Origin: an uncultured Candidatus Saccharibacteria bacterium
GTDB taxonomy: Bacteria > Patescibacteriota > Minisyncoccia > Phycocordibacterales > UBA918
Assembly (NCBI GenBank): GCA_964552045.1
Contig: CAZKFF010000009.1
Coordinates: forward strand, 1-52,510
Direction of reading: 5' to 3'
Length of the DNA: 52,510 nucleotides
Made by a program: the position numbers and the translations under genes. This document shows positions 39,055-47,954 of the stretch, piece by piece. Numbering within the stretch: position 1 is the first letter of the stretch; every line of letters begins with the position of its first letter. Below the pieces are notes generated by a model that saw only the letters and a list, made by a program, of their open reading frames with translations, had not been told where the DNA came from and made no database searches.

Positions 39055-39810
39055 ATGGATTTTACTGAAACCATAGCCTCATTTCTTTCAAGCTTGCCCC
39101 TCAAAAAAATGAGCGGTCAGGAGAAATTTTTGGCTGTCGCAACATATCTATGTGCAGGCGAAACAAACAAGGAAGTTGCCGTGGCTGAAGTAGTGAAGAA
39201 ATGGAGCAAGGTTGTTCTTAAGACCATGTACAACCCATCCGCCTACAATCGTGCTGCGGGTCAGTCCTGGCTCAAACCAATTGACGGTAAGAAAGGCGTT
39301 TTTATAGTCACTGCAAAAGGAATCAAACATATAGAAGACCTATCTTCACCTCAAACCGTCTCGTCTGTGATCGCCGAGAACTCTTTGTGCATCTTTGAAA
39401 AGAAAAGCACTCATTCTTTTGATAAGTTCTTGAGGACAACACTCTCTGGGGCAACTACAAGAGTAGCTATAGCAGATTCGTATGTTGATGAATCAATATT
39501 TGATACGGTCTTGGACTCTATACCAAAGACAGTCCCGATTCAATTGATTTATTCGCATATTCCTTCTGCGAGCCAGACAGCTTTTGAAACCAGACAAAAA
39601 AGATTCATAACCGAGTATTCAAAGTATGCAATAAAAAAATACAAAGATTTGCACGACCGATTTTTAATAGTAGATGACCGTGCCTATATCATAGGCCCAT
39701 CTATTAAGGACGCCGCGTCTAATAGTCCGGCGTTAGTTGTTGCCCTTTCAACCAAGGACAGTGTCGCTTTGGACAAGTTTTTTAATAAGCTTTGGGTTAA
39801 TGCAAAATAG
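39055..39810 (+). CDS. Winged-helix-like domain fused to a PLD-like (HxR variant) domain (gene D)
   Basis: N-terminal MSGQEKFLAVATYL...KKWSK...FIVTAKG; C-terminal IADSY and HDRFLIVDD...GPSIKD; start ATG at 39055. Confidence 0.78.
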   Translation: MDFTETIASFLSSLPLKKMSGQEKFLAVATYLCAGETNKEVAVAEVVKKWSKVVLKTMYNPSAYNRAAGQSWLKPIDGKKGVFIVTAKGIKHIEDLSSPQTVSSVIAENSLCIFEKKSTHSFDKFLRTTLSGATTRVAIADSYVDESIFDTVLDSIPKTVPIQLIYSHIPSASQTAFETRQKRFITEYSKYAIKKYKDLHDRFLIVDDRAYIIGPSIKDAASNSPALVVALSTKDSVALDKFFNKLWVNAK

Positions 39811-39835
39811 CCTCCTAAAGGAGGCTATTTTGCAT
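39800..39835. terminator. Bidirectional terminator between the operon and the tRNA
   Basis: atgcaaaatagcctcct-aa-aggaggctattttgcat perfect inverted repeat. Confidence 0.8.
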
Positions 39836-39880
39836 GGTGCTAATTCGACCCTTCTCGAGTGCTCGAACTAGCTCTCTAAT

Positions 39881-39955
39881 TGGTGATCCCACGGAGAATC
39901 GAACTCCGGTTTCTTGGATGAGAACCAAGTGTCCTAGCCGCTAGACGATGGGACC
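39881..39955 (-). tRNA. tRNA-Glu (CTC), CCA encoded
   Basis: Reverse complement GGTCCCATCGTCTAGCGGCTAGGACACTTGGTTCTCATCCAAGAAACCGGAGTTCGATTCTCCGTGGGATCACCA folds into a cloverleaf. Confidence 0.96.
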
Positions 39956-40192
39956 GGCTATGTACTTGCACTGTGCCGGAACCATCGCCGTAGCCGGCAA
40001 GGTGTACCGTCCCTGCAGGGGACGCCCGAAAAGTGCGTCACTAGTTATATCAAATAATCCTTAAAAATCAAAGAGAAAAGGCTCCCAAGTCTGCCTTTTG
40101 TATAGCACACGCTATGTAGTTATGGACACATGGATAGAATGAAAAAGAAAAGCGGGCCAGGGAAGTGGTCCGCTTCGATACTGAGTGATCGC

Positions 40193-40444
40193 TCACCTCT
40201 GCCTCATTCTCGTGTACTTCTGCGCATAGGCGCGGAGCACCGCGAACCGTGTGAACCCCATACGCTGCAGGGTGTGGCGGCTCGAAATGAGCACGAGCTT
40301 CGCTAGGCTGTACTCGACAGGGTCGGGATTGGTGTGATACACGATATAAGCCTGTATATAGGAGCGCAACAGATTGCGCTTCAGGCGGCGCCTGTTGTGC
40401 GCGTCGAACGCCTCCTGCTCGAGGCGCTCTTTCTCTCTGTCCAT
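40193..40444 (-). CDS. Small basic hypothetical protein
   Basis: 83 aa; GGGAG SD; TTGACA-N16-TAATGT upstream. Confidence 0.55.
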   Translation of the reverse strand: MDREKERLEQEAFDAHNRRRLKRNLLRSYIQAYIVYHTNPDPVEYSLAKLVLISSRHTLQRMGFTRFAVLRAYAQKYTRMRQR

Positions 40445-40550
40445 AGCATTGCTCCCAAGAACTCACTGCCTGAAAAACATTACAATAAAATATTATCTTG
40501 TCAATTATCGGCAGGGAGGTCGATTTTTCTGTGCGCAAGAAAAAGCGGGC

Positions 40551-40895
40551 TCAAGGCCCGCCCTCGTGAACTCCTCCCGGCCCGACGTTGCCTTCAGCGT
40601 GCTTTCGTAATTGTTTAGACTGGGGGAGATATTGGATCAGGCTCCATTTGTATGCGTTGTGCAGAGAAAGGACATCCTTCTGCTGTTCCCATTTTCGGGC
40701 CGCATACTGTTGCGCCAACTCGAGTACCGTATCAGCATTTACGAGCGAACTCACCGCTTCGGTAGTGGTGCTCACGTACGCGCCGTTGTCAGTGAGGAAA
40801 CTCAGGATAAGCACCGCCTCAGAATCGGAGAAATGCATATCGACATATTGCAACGCAGTACGCAACTGATGGTCACTCGACCTGTCCAATTCCAT
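40551..40895 (-). CDS. Hypothetical protein
   Basis: GGAGG SD before ATG 40895; protein-like composition. Confidence 0.55.
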   Translation of the reverse strand: MELDRSSDHQLRTALQYVDMHFSDSEAVLILSFLTDNGAYVSTTTEAVSSLVNADTVLELAQQYAARKWEQQKDVLSLHNAYKWSLIQYLPQSKQLRKHAEGNVGPGGVHEGGP

Positions 40896-40970
40896 GACAC
40901 CCTCCAAGATCGGTCTGTAGCATAGTTAACCATGTCTTCGTGTGGATGGTATGAAACCAAATGCTCTGTT

Positions 40971-42983
40971 TTACAGCGGAGCGGAGACCTCTTTGCCATC
41001 GCGCTTGAAGGAATTGTTATTGCTGCGGCGGATGGAAGTTTTGATATCAAAATGAGGATTCACTTTCTTGCCGGGATTGAAAATGTCGTGCGGGTCGAAG
41101 ATGCGTTCGATCTCTGTGAAGAGGGAGAGTGTCGCTGTACTGAACATTTTTGAGAGATGCGGTGTGCGGATGATCCCGTCGTTGTGCTCGCCGCAGAGAC
41201 TGCCGTCATACTTGATCGCCGTTTGGAAAAACTCCTCGGTCATTTTCATGACAAGCGCCGGCGTGGTCTTGTTCTCGAAATCGAGCAGAGGATAGAAGTG
41301 CAGGTGTCCGTTGCCGCCGTGGCCGTGCACGCACGCGGTGACATTGTATTTCTTCAAAAGCCGCTTGATCTCCATGAAGAACTTTGGCATGTTCTTTGGC
41401 GGTACGACCATATCCTCGAGGAATGCTGCAGGGCGCTTCTTTGGGTCCTGGAGCTTTGAGAGGGAATAGCTTGCCCGACGAATCTGCCAGTACATCTCCC
41501 TGTCTACCGGGTTGGTGATATGCCGCGCTTTTTTGCCGCCGTTGTGCCGCAAAAGCTCCACGAGATTGCGCGTGCTCCGCTTGCCTTTCTTTGCATCAAC
41601 CGTGATCAGAAGTGTGAACTCGGGCGTTTTACGGGCATAACGGACATGGAAGGTGGTATACATCGACAAAAGCACCTGGTAGTACTCAAACTTGCCGAGG
41701 CGGTCCCGGAAGAAGTCAGGATTCTTCAGCGCGAGATCGAATGTGAGGCCGTCGAAGAGTTCGATATTGATCGGGTCATAGTCGAGCGCTTTGAGGATGA
41801 CCCTGCCGGCGTCCTGCAGGTCGAACACCGGTACGACCACAAGCTCCGTGTCCTTTGCGATCTTTTCCGTACGCATGGTAATGGAGGTGATGACCCCGAT
41901 CGTGCCCTGACTGCCGCAGGCAAGTCTCGCTAAGTTGAACGTTCCTTTTCCTTTCTTGAAACTCGCTATTGGCGTATCGAGCACATCCCACAACGCATAG
42001 CCCGCGGAGTTCTTGCTCGTCTTCGGCTTCGCCTCGTGGATGGCCTTTTCGTTCTTCTCAATGAGTTCAAAAACAGCCTTCGCTATTCTCCCATGGGCAG
42101 TATCCTTCTTGGCGAGCGCTTTGTATTGGCTGTACGTGAGGGGGGCAAACGTGCAGGTCGTTCCGTCGTAGAGGGTGATGTCGAGCGATTCCACCCAGTC
42201 TGCTGTATGGCCATAGCGGAGCGAATCAGGGCCTGCAGCATTGTTTGCAACTGCGCCGCCGATGGAGCAGATGTCTTTTGAGGCGGGGTAAGGGGGGATG
42301 TACAGCCCGTGCGCTTTAAGCTTCTTCTCCACGTCGCGCCACATCGCTCCCGGCTGACAGGTGATGGTTGCGCCGCCTTTCTTCTCAACAACGTCGCCTA
42401 TATGACGCATATGCGGGCATACGTCGATGACAACCGAATCAGTAAGCGAGCCGCCGCCGAGTCCGGTGCCTGCAGCACGGGGAGTGAGTGAGAGCGAAGG
42501 AAAACGGAGCGTCTGTGCGCCAAACACAGAGACGGCGATCTGTATGTCCCGCTCGTTCTTCGGCTGAAGCACGATCTGCGGACGAATGGTGAAGATGCTC
42601 TCATCGTTGCTGTAGCGGTCGAGTACGGACTTGTCCGAGGACATGCCGCCTTTGAAGCCGGCTTCTTTCAATAGCTGCTCCACAAGCAAATGACCAAGCG
42701 GTTCGCGTTTGAGCGTGCTTTCAGGTGCTTGCGTACGAGTAGCCGAAGCGATGCGCACGCGCGGTGCATGGGCATGGTCTTCATGGCTGGCCTCAGCAGC
42801 ACTCTCCGTTAGTGCGGCAGTTTTTTTGGCAGCTTTCTTCTGTACCGCAGCTTTTTTTGCAGGGCGTTTCTTAGGAGCAGATCTTTTGGGAGCAGAAGAA
42901 CCTTTAAGCAGAATACCCGGAGCTTTTTTGCGGACGCTCTTTTTCTGGTCGAGATCAATAACCTGCAAAGAACTTTTTGGCAT
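40971..42983 (-). CDS. FAD-binding oxidoreductase (GlcD/D-lactate dehydrogenase type) with Lys/Ala-rich N-terminal extension
   Basis: RAAGTGLGGGS, CSIGGAVANNAAG, GSQGTIG, HGHGGNGHLH, GEHNDG and FDPHDIFNPGK motifs; start at 42983 or 42992. Confidence 0.9.
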   Translation of the reverse strand: MPKSSLQVIDLDQKKSVRKKAPGILLKGSSAPKRSAPKKRPAKKAAVQKKAAKKTAALTESAAEASHEDHAHAPRVRIASATRTQAPESTLKREPLGHLLVEQLLKEAGFKGGMSSDKSVLDRYSNDESIFTIRPQIVLQPKNERDIQIAVSVFGAQTLRFPSLSLTPRAAGTGLGGGSLTDSVVIDVCPHMRHIGDVVEKKGGATITCQPGAMWRDVEKKLKAHGLYIPPYPASKDICSIGGAVANNAAGPDSLRYGHTADWVESLDITLYDGTTCTFAPLTYSQYKALAKKDTAHGRIAKAVFELIEKNEKAIHEAKPKTSKNSAGYALWDVLDTPIASFKKGKGTFNLARLACGSQGTIGVITSITMRTEKIAKDTELVVVPVFDLQDAGRVILKALDYDPINIELFDGLTFDLALKNPDFFRDRLGKFEYYQVLLSMYTTFHVRYARKTPEFTLLITVDAKKGKRSTRNLVELLRHNGGKKARHITNPVDREMYWQIRRASYSLSKLQDPKKRPAAFLEDMVVPPKNMPKFFMEIKRLLKKYNVTACVHGHGGNGHLHFYPLLDFENKTTPALVMKMTEEFFQTAIKYDGSLCGEHNDGIIRTPHLSKMFSTATLSLFTEIERIFDPHDIFNPGKKVNPHFDIKTSIRRSNNNSFKRDGKEVSAPL

Positions 42984-43031
42984 TGTCTTCATTATAACTG
43001 ACACGTTTTTAATTATGGTACTCTTATTCCC

Positions 43032-44714
43032 ATGACGCAGGAACGTGCATTGGATATTTTGAAAACCGGCGGGAACGTGTTCCTTACCGGAGAGCCTGGT
43101 TCCGGCAAGACGTATGTCATCAACAAATACATCGCATATCTGGAGGCGTGTGGTTTGTCTGTTGCGGTCACGGCTTCGACCGGCATCGCCGCAACGCACA
43201 TCGGCGGCATGACCATCCATTCATGGAGCGGCATCGGCGCACGCGACACGCTTGATCGGTATTCACTCGATCAGATCGCTTCGCAGAAGAAGAACATCGA
43301 CCGCGTGAAGAAAGCGCATGTGCTCATCATTGACGAGATATCCATGCTCGACGGGAAAATGATCGACATGGTCAATATCGTCTCTCAAACCATCCGGCAA
43401 AGCGTTGAGCCGTTTGGGGGGCTGCAGCTGGTGTTTGTCGGCGATTTCTTCCAGCTGCCGCCTATTGCCAAGATGGGGGAGGCTATGCGCTACGCGTTTG
43501 AATCGCGGGGATGGGAAGAGGCTCGTCCGATCACCTGCTACCTCGGAGATCAGTTCAGGCAGGATGACGAGATGCTGCTGTCGCTTCTGCAGTGCGTGAG
43601 GCGCAATGAGGTGGAGGAGGAGCACTACACGCTTCTGCAGGAGCAGAAGGAGATCGGCTTCGAGCATATCGAACCGACCAAGCTCTACACGCACAATGCC
43701 GATGTCGATGCTGTCAATGGATCGAAGCTGCGGGAGCTTAACGGCATGGTGCGGAAATTTCGCATGGAGGGCCGCGGCAACAAGCAGCTGCTTGTCGGTC
43801 TCACCAAAAGCTGCCTTTCTCCGGAGCTTTTGGAACTGAAGGAACAGGCGATGGTCATGTGTACGAAGAACAACTTAGAGGCAGGGTACGTCAACGGTAC
43901 CCTCGGACGCGTGATCGCGTTCGATGCTGACGAGGGATATCCGATCATTGAGACCAGCGACGGGCGAAAACTCACCATCAAGCCGGCTACCTGGACCATA
44001 GCAGAAAACGGGAAGGTGCTCGCGGAGATCGAGCAGATACCGCTGCGCCTCGCGTGGGCCATTACCGTGCACAAGAGCCAGGGTATGTCGCTTGATGCCG
44101 CCGAAATCGACCTCTCCAGGGCATTCGCGTTCGGCCAGGGATACGTGGCGCTTTCGCGCGTACGCACGCTTACGGGACTGAAGATGCTCGGCATGAGCCC
44201 AAATGCGCTTTCGGTCGATCCGAAGATCGTCGCGCGCGATGAGCGTTTCCGCAGCGAGTCTGAAGAGGCCGAATCGCTTTTTGACGAGATGGAGCGCGAA
44301 GAGCTGCAGCAGATGCACGAACGCTTTATACAAGCGCACGGCGGCAATGTGGTTCGGGGAGATGTCGCTGTTTCCAAAAAGAAGATATACGAACGGGTGA
44401 AGAAGGAGAGTACGTATGCCGAAACGCTGCGTCTGCTGCGCGAACGGAAAAGCATTCAGCAGATCGCCAAAGAGCGCGAGATGGTTGAATCAACGGTGTG
44501 GAGCCACATTGAGAAACTCTCTGAAGAGAAGCTCATCACGCTGAAGGATATTGAGCATCTGAAACCCGATGACTGGAATGAAGCATACGGCGTCTTGCGT
44601 GAAGCGATCGCCCTGTGCGGCACAGAGAAGCTGAAACCTATATATGAATACGCCGGAGAACGGTACGATTACAATCGTGTGCGGCTTGCACGTCTCCAAT
44701 ATCTGTTGTCTTGA
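43032..44714 (+). CDS. Pif1-family SF1B helicase with C-terminal HTH
   Basis: GEPGSGKT, ASTGIAA, IDEISM, GDFFQLPP, LAWAITVHKSQG and YVALSR motifs; C-terminal IAKER..ESTVWSH HTH. Confidence 0.92.
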   Translation: MTQERALDILKTGGNVFLTGEPGSGKTYVINKYIAYLEACGLSVAVTASTGIAATHIGGMTIHSWSGIGARDTLDRYSLDQIASQKKNIDRVKKAHVLIIDEISMLDGKMIDMVNIVSQTIRQSVEPFGGLQLVFVGDFFQLPPIAKMGEAMRYAFESRGWEEARPITCYLGDQFRQDDEMLLSLLQCVRRNEVEEEHYTLLQEQKEIGFEHIEPTKLYTHNADVDAVNGSKLRELNGMVRKFRMEGRGNKQLLVGLTKSCLSPELLELKEQAMVMCTKNNLEAGYVNGTLGRVIAFDADEGYPIIETSDGRKLTIKPATWTIAENGKVLAEIEQIPLRLAWAITVHKSQGMSLDAAEIDLSRAFAFGQGYVALSRVRTLTGLKMLGMSPNALSVDPKIVARDERFRSESEEAESLFDEMEREELQQMHERFIQAHGGNVVRGDVAVSKKKIYERVKKESTYAETLRLLRERKSIQQIAKEREMVESTVWSHIEKLSEEKLITLKDIEHLKPDDWNEAYGVLREAIALCGTEKLKPIYEYAGERYDYNRVRLARLQYLLS

Positions 44715-44831
44715 GTGGATACATGAGTAAGACAACGATTCCTTCCTCGTCCATACTAGAAGGTATGCCGCAGTGATGCGCGTATATTTTGTGTTTAGCA
44801 ATTATAAAGATTAATCGTAACAGTATATTTT

Positions 44832-45920
44832 ATGAAGAAATTAGCGGGAATTGTTCTCGCGCTTGCGCTTGTTGTGGCGGCAAACGTTGCCACAGTATCG
44901 CCAGCGCATGCGCAGTCGGGCTCAAGTGACATTGCGTCTCTTTTGGAGACGGTGAAGTCACTGTTAGCCAAAGTCGCCGACCTCCAGAAAGAGTTGGCGA
45001 AAGTGCGCGGTGAAGTGCAGGATACGCATGAAGAGATCCGGGAGACCATCAAGGACGGCCTCAAGGAAGGCATGACCGATGAGGATATCAAGAAGGTCCA
45101 GGAACTATTGGCGTCAGACAGCGAGATCTACCCGGAGGGAATGGTTACCGGTTACTTCGGACGCCTCACAAAAGAGGCACTGAAGCGTTTCCAGACCAGG
45201 CACAATATTGAAGTGACTGGAGAAATTGATGAGGAGACGAAAGAACTTATTGAGGAATACTTCGGTGAGCGGGCAAATGGCAGGTTCCCGCAGGGGATCT
45301 TCCATGCTCCCGGTATCGCAAAGAAGATCCAGGAACGGTTCTGTGAGCGAAAAGGCCCATCATTCGGAGGCTGGTTCTGCAAGGGCTGGAATTGGGATGA
45401 TGAAGACGAAGACGAGGATGAAAACGTAAACGAGGACTTCGATGTGGAAGTTGAGGTCGAAGATGGTGAGACAACGGTTTCATTCAGCCTTGAGGGTGAG
45501 AATTACTCTGTTGAGGTAAGCACCACCACAGAGTCAGGAGTACTCGAAGCGGTCGCCGACGAACTCGATGAGGACGAGGATGACCTTGATGATGATCTTG
45601 TTGACGCGATTGAGGATGCGCTCGAGGATGCGCTTGAAGACGGCGATGACGAAGACGCAGCAGATGATGCTGCCGAGGCTATCGAGCAAGCCGAGGATGC
45701 CATTGCCTCAGTACAGGAAGACATCGATGCTGCAGACAGTGATGTCGATACCGACGAAGCAGAAGAGACGCTTGAGGAAGCAGAAGAGCTTCTTGATGAC
45801 GCGGAGGATGCTTTTGAGGACGAGGAATATGCAGATGCGCAGGAATCTGCGGAAGATGCCGAGGATATGGCAGAGGAAGCTGCAGACGTGCTTGAAGAAG
45901 CTATCGAAGACGCTGAATAA
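44832..45920 (+). CDS. Secreted peptidoglycan-binding-domain protein with extremely acidic C-terminus
   Basis: Signal peptide; GMTDEDIKKVQELL...TGYFGRLTKEALKRFQ PG-binding-1 pattern; D/E-rich tail. Confidence 0.82.
   Translation: MKKLAGIVLALALVVAANVATVSPAHAQSGSSDIASLLETVKSLLAKVADLQKELAKVRGEVQDTHEEIRETIKDGLKEGMTDEDIKKVQELLASDSEIYPEGMVTGYFGRLTKEALKRFQTRHNIEVTGEIDEETKELIEEYFGERANGRFPQGIFHAPGIAKKIQERFCERKGPSFGGWFCKGWNWDDEDEDEDENVNEDFDVEVEVEDGETTVSFSLEGENYSVEVSTTTESGVLEAVADELDEDEDDLDDDLVDAIEDALEDALEDGDDEDAADDAAEAIEQAEDAIASVQEDIDAADSDVDTDEAEETLEEAEELLDDAEDAFEDEEYADAQESAEDAEDMAEEAADVLEEAIEDAE
45551..45640 (+). repeat. 90-bp coding block shared with 46945-47034 (87/90 identical)
   Basis: Encodes VADELDEDEDDLDDDLVDAIEDALEDALE in both paralogues. 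Confidence 0.9.
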
Positions 45921-45928
45921 AGTTTAGT

Positions 45929-45971
45929 CAGGCAGCAAAAAACACCCTTTTAGGGTGTTTTTTGCTGCCTG
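45929..45971. terminator. Intrinsic terminator
   Basis: caggcagcaaaaaacaccct-ttt-agggtgttttttgctgcctg. Confidence 0.8.
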
Positions 45972-46051
45972 TGCGTTATCAACAACCGATACAGGCCGTC
46001 GGACTGTATACTAGGGGCATACATTATATTTTTTTTTAACTTTTTACTATT

Positions 46052-47425
46052 ATGCGTTCGAAAATTGCACTCTTTATCATCCTTTCTGCGTTGTCGTTCT
46101 CACCGGTTGCGCATGCGCAGGACGCGTCTGCGGTGATCTCCCGCATGGACACCATTATCAAGCAGATGGAAGCCCTGAAAACAGAATTTGCCGAGCTTGT
46201 CGCATCGATCGGCAAGCCGTCCGGAGCCGTGCTCGGCTCGCAGAGCTCGAGTAAGAGCGTGTTCACCATGAGTCTGGATCAGGGGCAGACCAATGACGAT
46301 ATCAAAAAGATCCAGAAACTCCTCGCGACCGATCCTGAGATATATCCATACGGTGTCGCGTCCGGTTTCTTCGGTCCGAAGACAGAGGAGGCAATACGGA
46401 ATTTCCAGACACGCTTCGGGCTTGACCCGGTAGGAGTTGTCGGCCCTGCAACAAAGGCGCTCCTTGAGCTCTTCATGAACGCATATCCTGATGGCAGTTA
46501 TCCATCTGACGTCTTGAAGAAGAAGCCGCAGGTGGCAGGCGCATCTGCTTCGGTACCGATGCCGAGCACGCCGGTCATTCCTTCAGTTTCAAGCAACACA
46601 AACAGTATTGACGAGATCACTGCGAAGTATGACGGTGATGAGGCACGCATCAAGGTCTACTACAGCAATGATGAGACAGAGACGCACCTCATAGAAGAGG
46701 ATTCAAAGATCAAGGTTGTTGACGCACTTGCTGCAAAACTTGGTAAAACGCGCGCGCAGATACTGAGCGTCATCGAATTCACGAGCAGCAATGACGACGA
46801 TGAGGACGAAGACGATGACGATGACGATGATTTCGATGTCGATGTCGAGGTTGATGATGACGAGGTGACCGTTTTCTTTGAATATGACGACGATGACTAT
46901 GAAGTTGAGGTAGACAGCACCGATGAAGATGACGTCATCGAGGAGGTCGCCGATGAACTCGATGAGGACGAGGATGACCTTGATGATGATCTTGTTGACG
47001 CGATCGAGGATGCACTCGAGGATGCGCTTGAAGATGAGGACGAAGACGACGGCGAAGATGACGAGATAGATTCCATCAGCGCAGACGTGGCGAATGGAGA
47101 GGCACAGATCGAAGTTGAATACGGCGACGGCGAGGAAGAGGAATTCACGGTCGAGGAGACGCTTGAGGCTGAGATCATCGAGGAGGTCGCCGACGAACTC
47201 AACGTGGATGAAGACGAGGTCGAGGATATCATTGAGTTCAACTATGAGGATATCGAGGAGATCAGCGTTGATACCGAGAAAAGACTCGCATTTGTAGAGT
47301 TCGAGGACGGCACAGAAAAGCGTGTCCACCTCGACTCAGAGGACGAGGACGAGATCATACAGCAGCTTGCAGACGAACTCGATGAGGACGAGGATGACAT
47401 CGAAGAGTGGACGGAGTTTGATTAA
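46052..47425 (+). CDS. Secreted peptidoglycan-binding-domain protein with repeated acidic domains (paralogue of 44832)
   Basis: Signal peptide; IKKIQKLL..DPEIYP.G..SGFFGPKTEEAIRNFQ; repeated (V/L)ADEL.. acidic modules. Confidence 0.82.
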   Translation: MRSKIALFIILSALSFSPVAHAQDASAVISRMDTIIKQMEALKTEFAELVASIGKPSGAVLGSQSSSKSVFTMSLDQGQTNDDIKKIQKLLATDPEIYPYGVASGFFGPKTEEAIRNFQTRFGLDPVGVVGPATKALLELFMNAYPDGSYPSDVLKKKPQVAGASASVPMPSTPVIPSVSSNTNSIDEITAKYDGDEARIKVYYSNDETETHLIEEDSKIKVVDALAAKLGKTRAQILSVIEFTSSNDDDEDEDDDDDDDFDVDVEVDDDEVTVFFEYDDDDYEVEVDSTDEDDVIEEVADELDEDEDDLDDDLVDAIEDALEDALEDEDEDDGEDDEIDSISADVANGEAQIEVEYGDGEEEEFTVEETLEAEIIEEVADELNVDEDEVEDIIEFNYEDIEEISVDTEKRLAFVEFEDGTEKRVHLDSEDEDEIIQQLADELDEDEDDIEEWTEFD

Positions 47426-47440
47426 TAGAGTTCATTCATG

Positions 47441-47468
47441 CAAAACAGCGCCTTTGGGCGCTGTTTTG
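47441..47468 (+). terminator. Intrinsic terminator
   Basis: caaaacagcgcc / ggcgctgttttg arms. Confidence 0.7.
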
Positions 47469-47486
47469 TTATACTGAAACTCTTGT

Positions 47487-47918
47487 ATGGGTTGGAGACT
47501 TATTCGGGTACGCCGAAGAAGGAGCAGTATCACAAAACACTATCTTGCGCATAAAAAACAGGCGCGGATTTTGGTGCAGGAAAAACTTGCACAATGGAAC
47601 GCAGTATATGGCTTTACCTATAACCGGGTTGCCATCCGCAACACCAAGCGCGCCTGGGGAAGCTGTACATCATTGAAGAATCTGAACTTCAGCTACAAGC
47701 TCCTGTTTCTGCCGGAGCATCTGCAGGACTACATCATCGTGCATGAGCTCTGCCATCTGCAGGAACTCAATCACGGTGCGGCGTTTTGGCAACTTGTTGC
47801 GTACAGCATTCCCAACTACAGCGAATGCATCAGAGAGCTCAGGGAACTGGAGAAACGTCATACATTTCTGCGTCCGGTTGCGCCGCTGTTTGCGGTGAAG
47901 CAGGAAGAAGTACCATAG
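47487..47918 (+). CDS. YgjP/DUF45-like (M48-like) metal-dependent hydrolase
   Basis: RAWGSC and DYIIVHELCHLQELNHGAAFW motifs. Confidence 0.85.
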   Translation: MGWRLIRVRRRRSSITKHYLAHKKQARILVQEKLAQWNAVYGFTYNRVAIRNTKRAWGSCTSLKNLNFSYKLLFLPEHLQDYIIVHELCHLQELNHGAAFWQLVAYSIPNYSECIRELRELEKRHTFLRPVAPLFAVKQEEVP

Positions 47919-47954
47919 CTTCAGCGTATTATTTTTGCTAGGCTGGCATTCTAT

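Larger units (their letters stand above)
36628..39880. mobile_element. Degenerate low-GC genomic island at the 3' end of tRNA-Glu
   Basis: Flanked by tggtgatcctacg (36628-36640) and the tRNA end tggtgatcccacg (39881-39893); recombinase remnant; visibly AT-richer than its flanks. Confidence 0.7.

Noticed and set aside
42993-43220. Upstream extension of the 749-aa oxidoreductase ORF
   Set aside because: It is antisense to the Pif1 helicase start; a TATAAT box supports a start near 42983.
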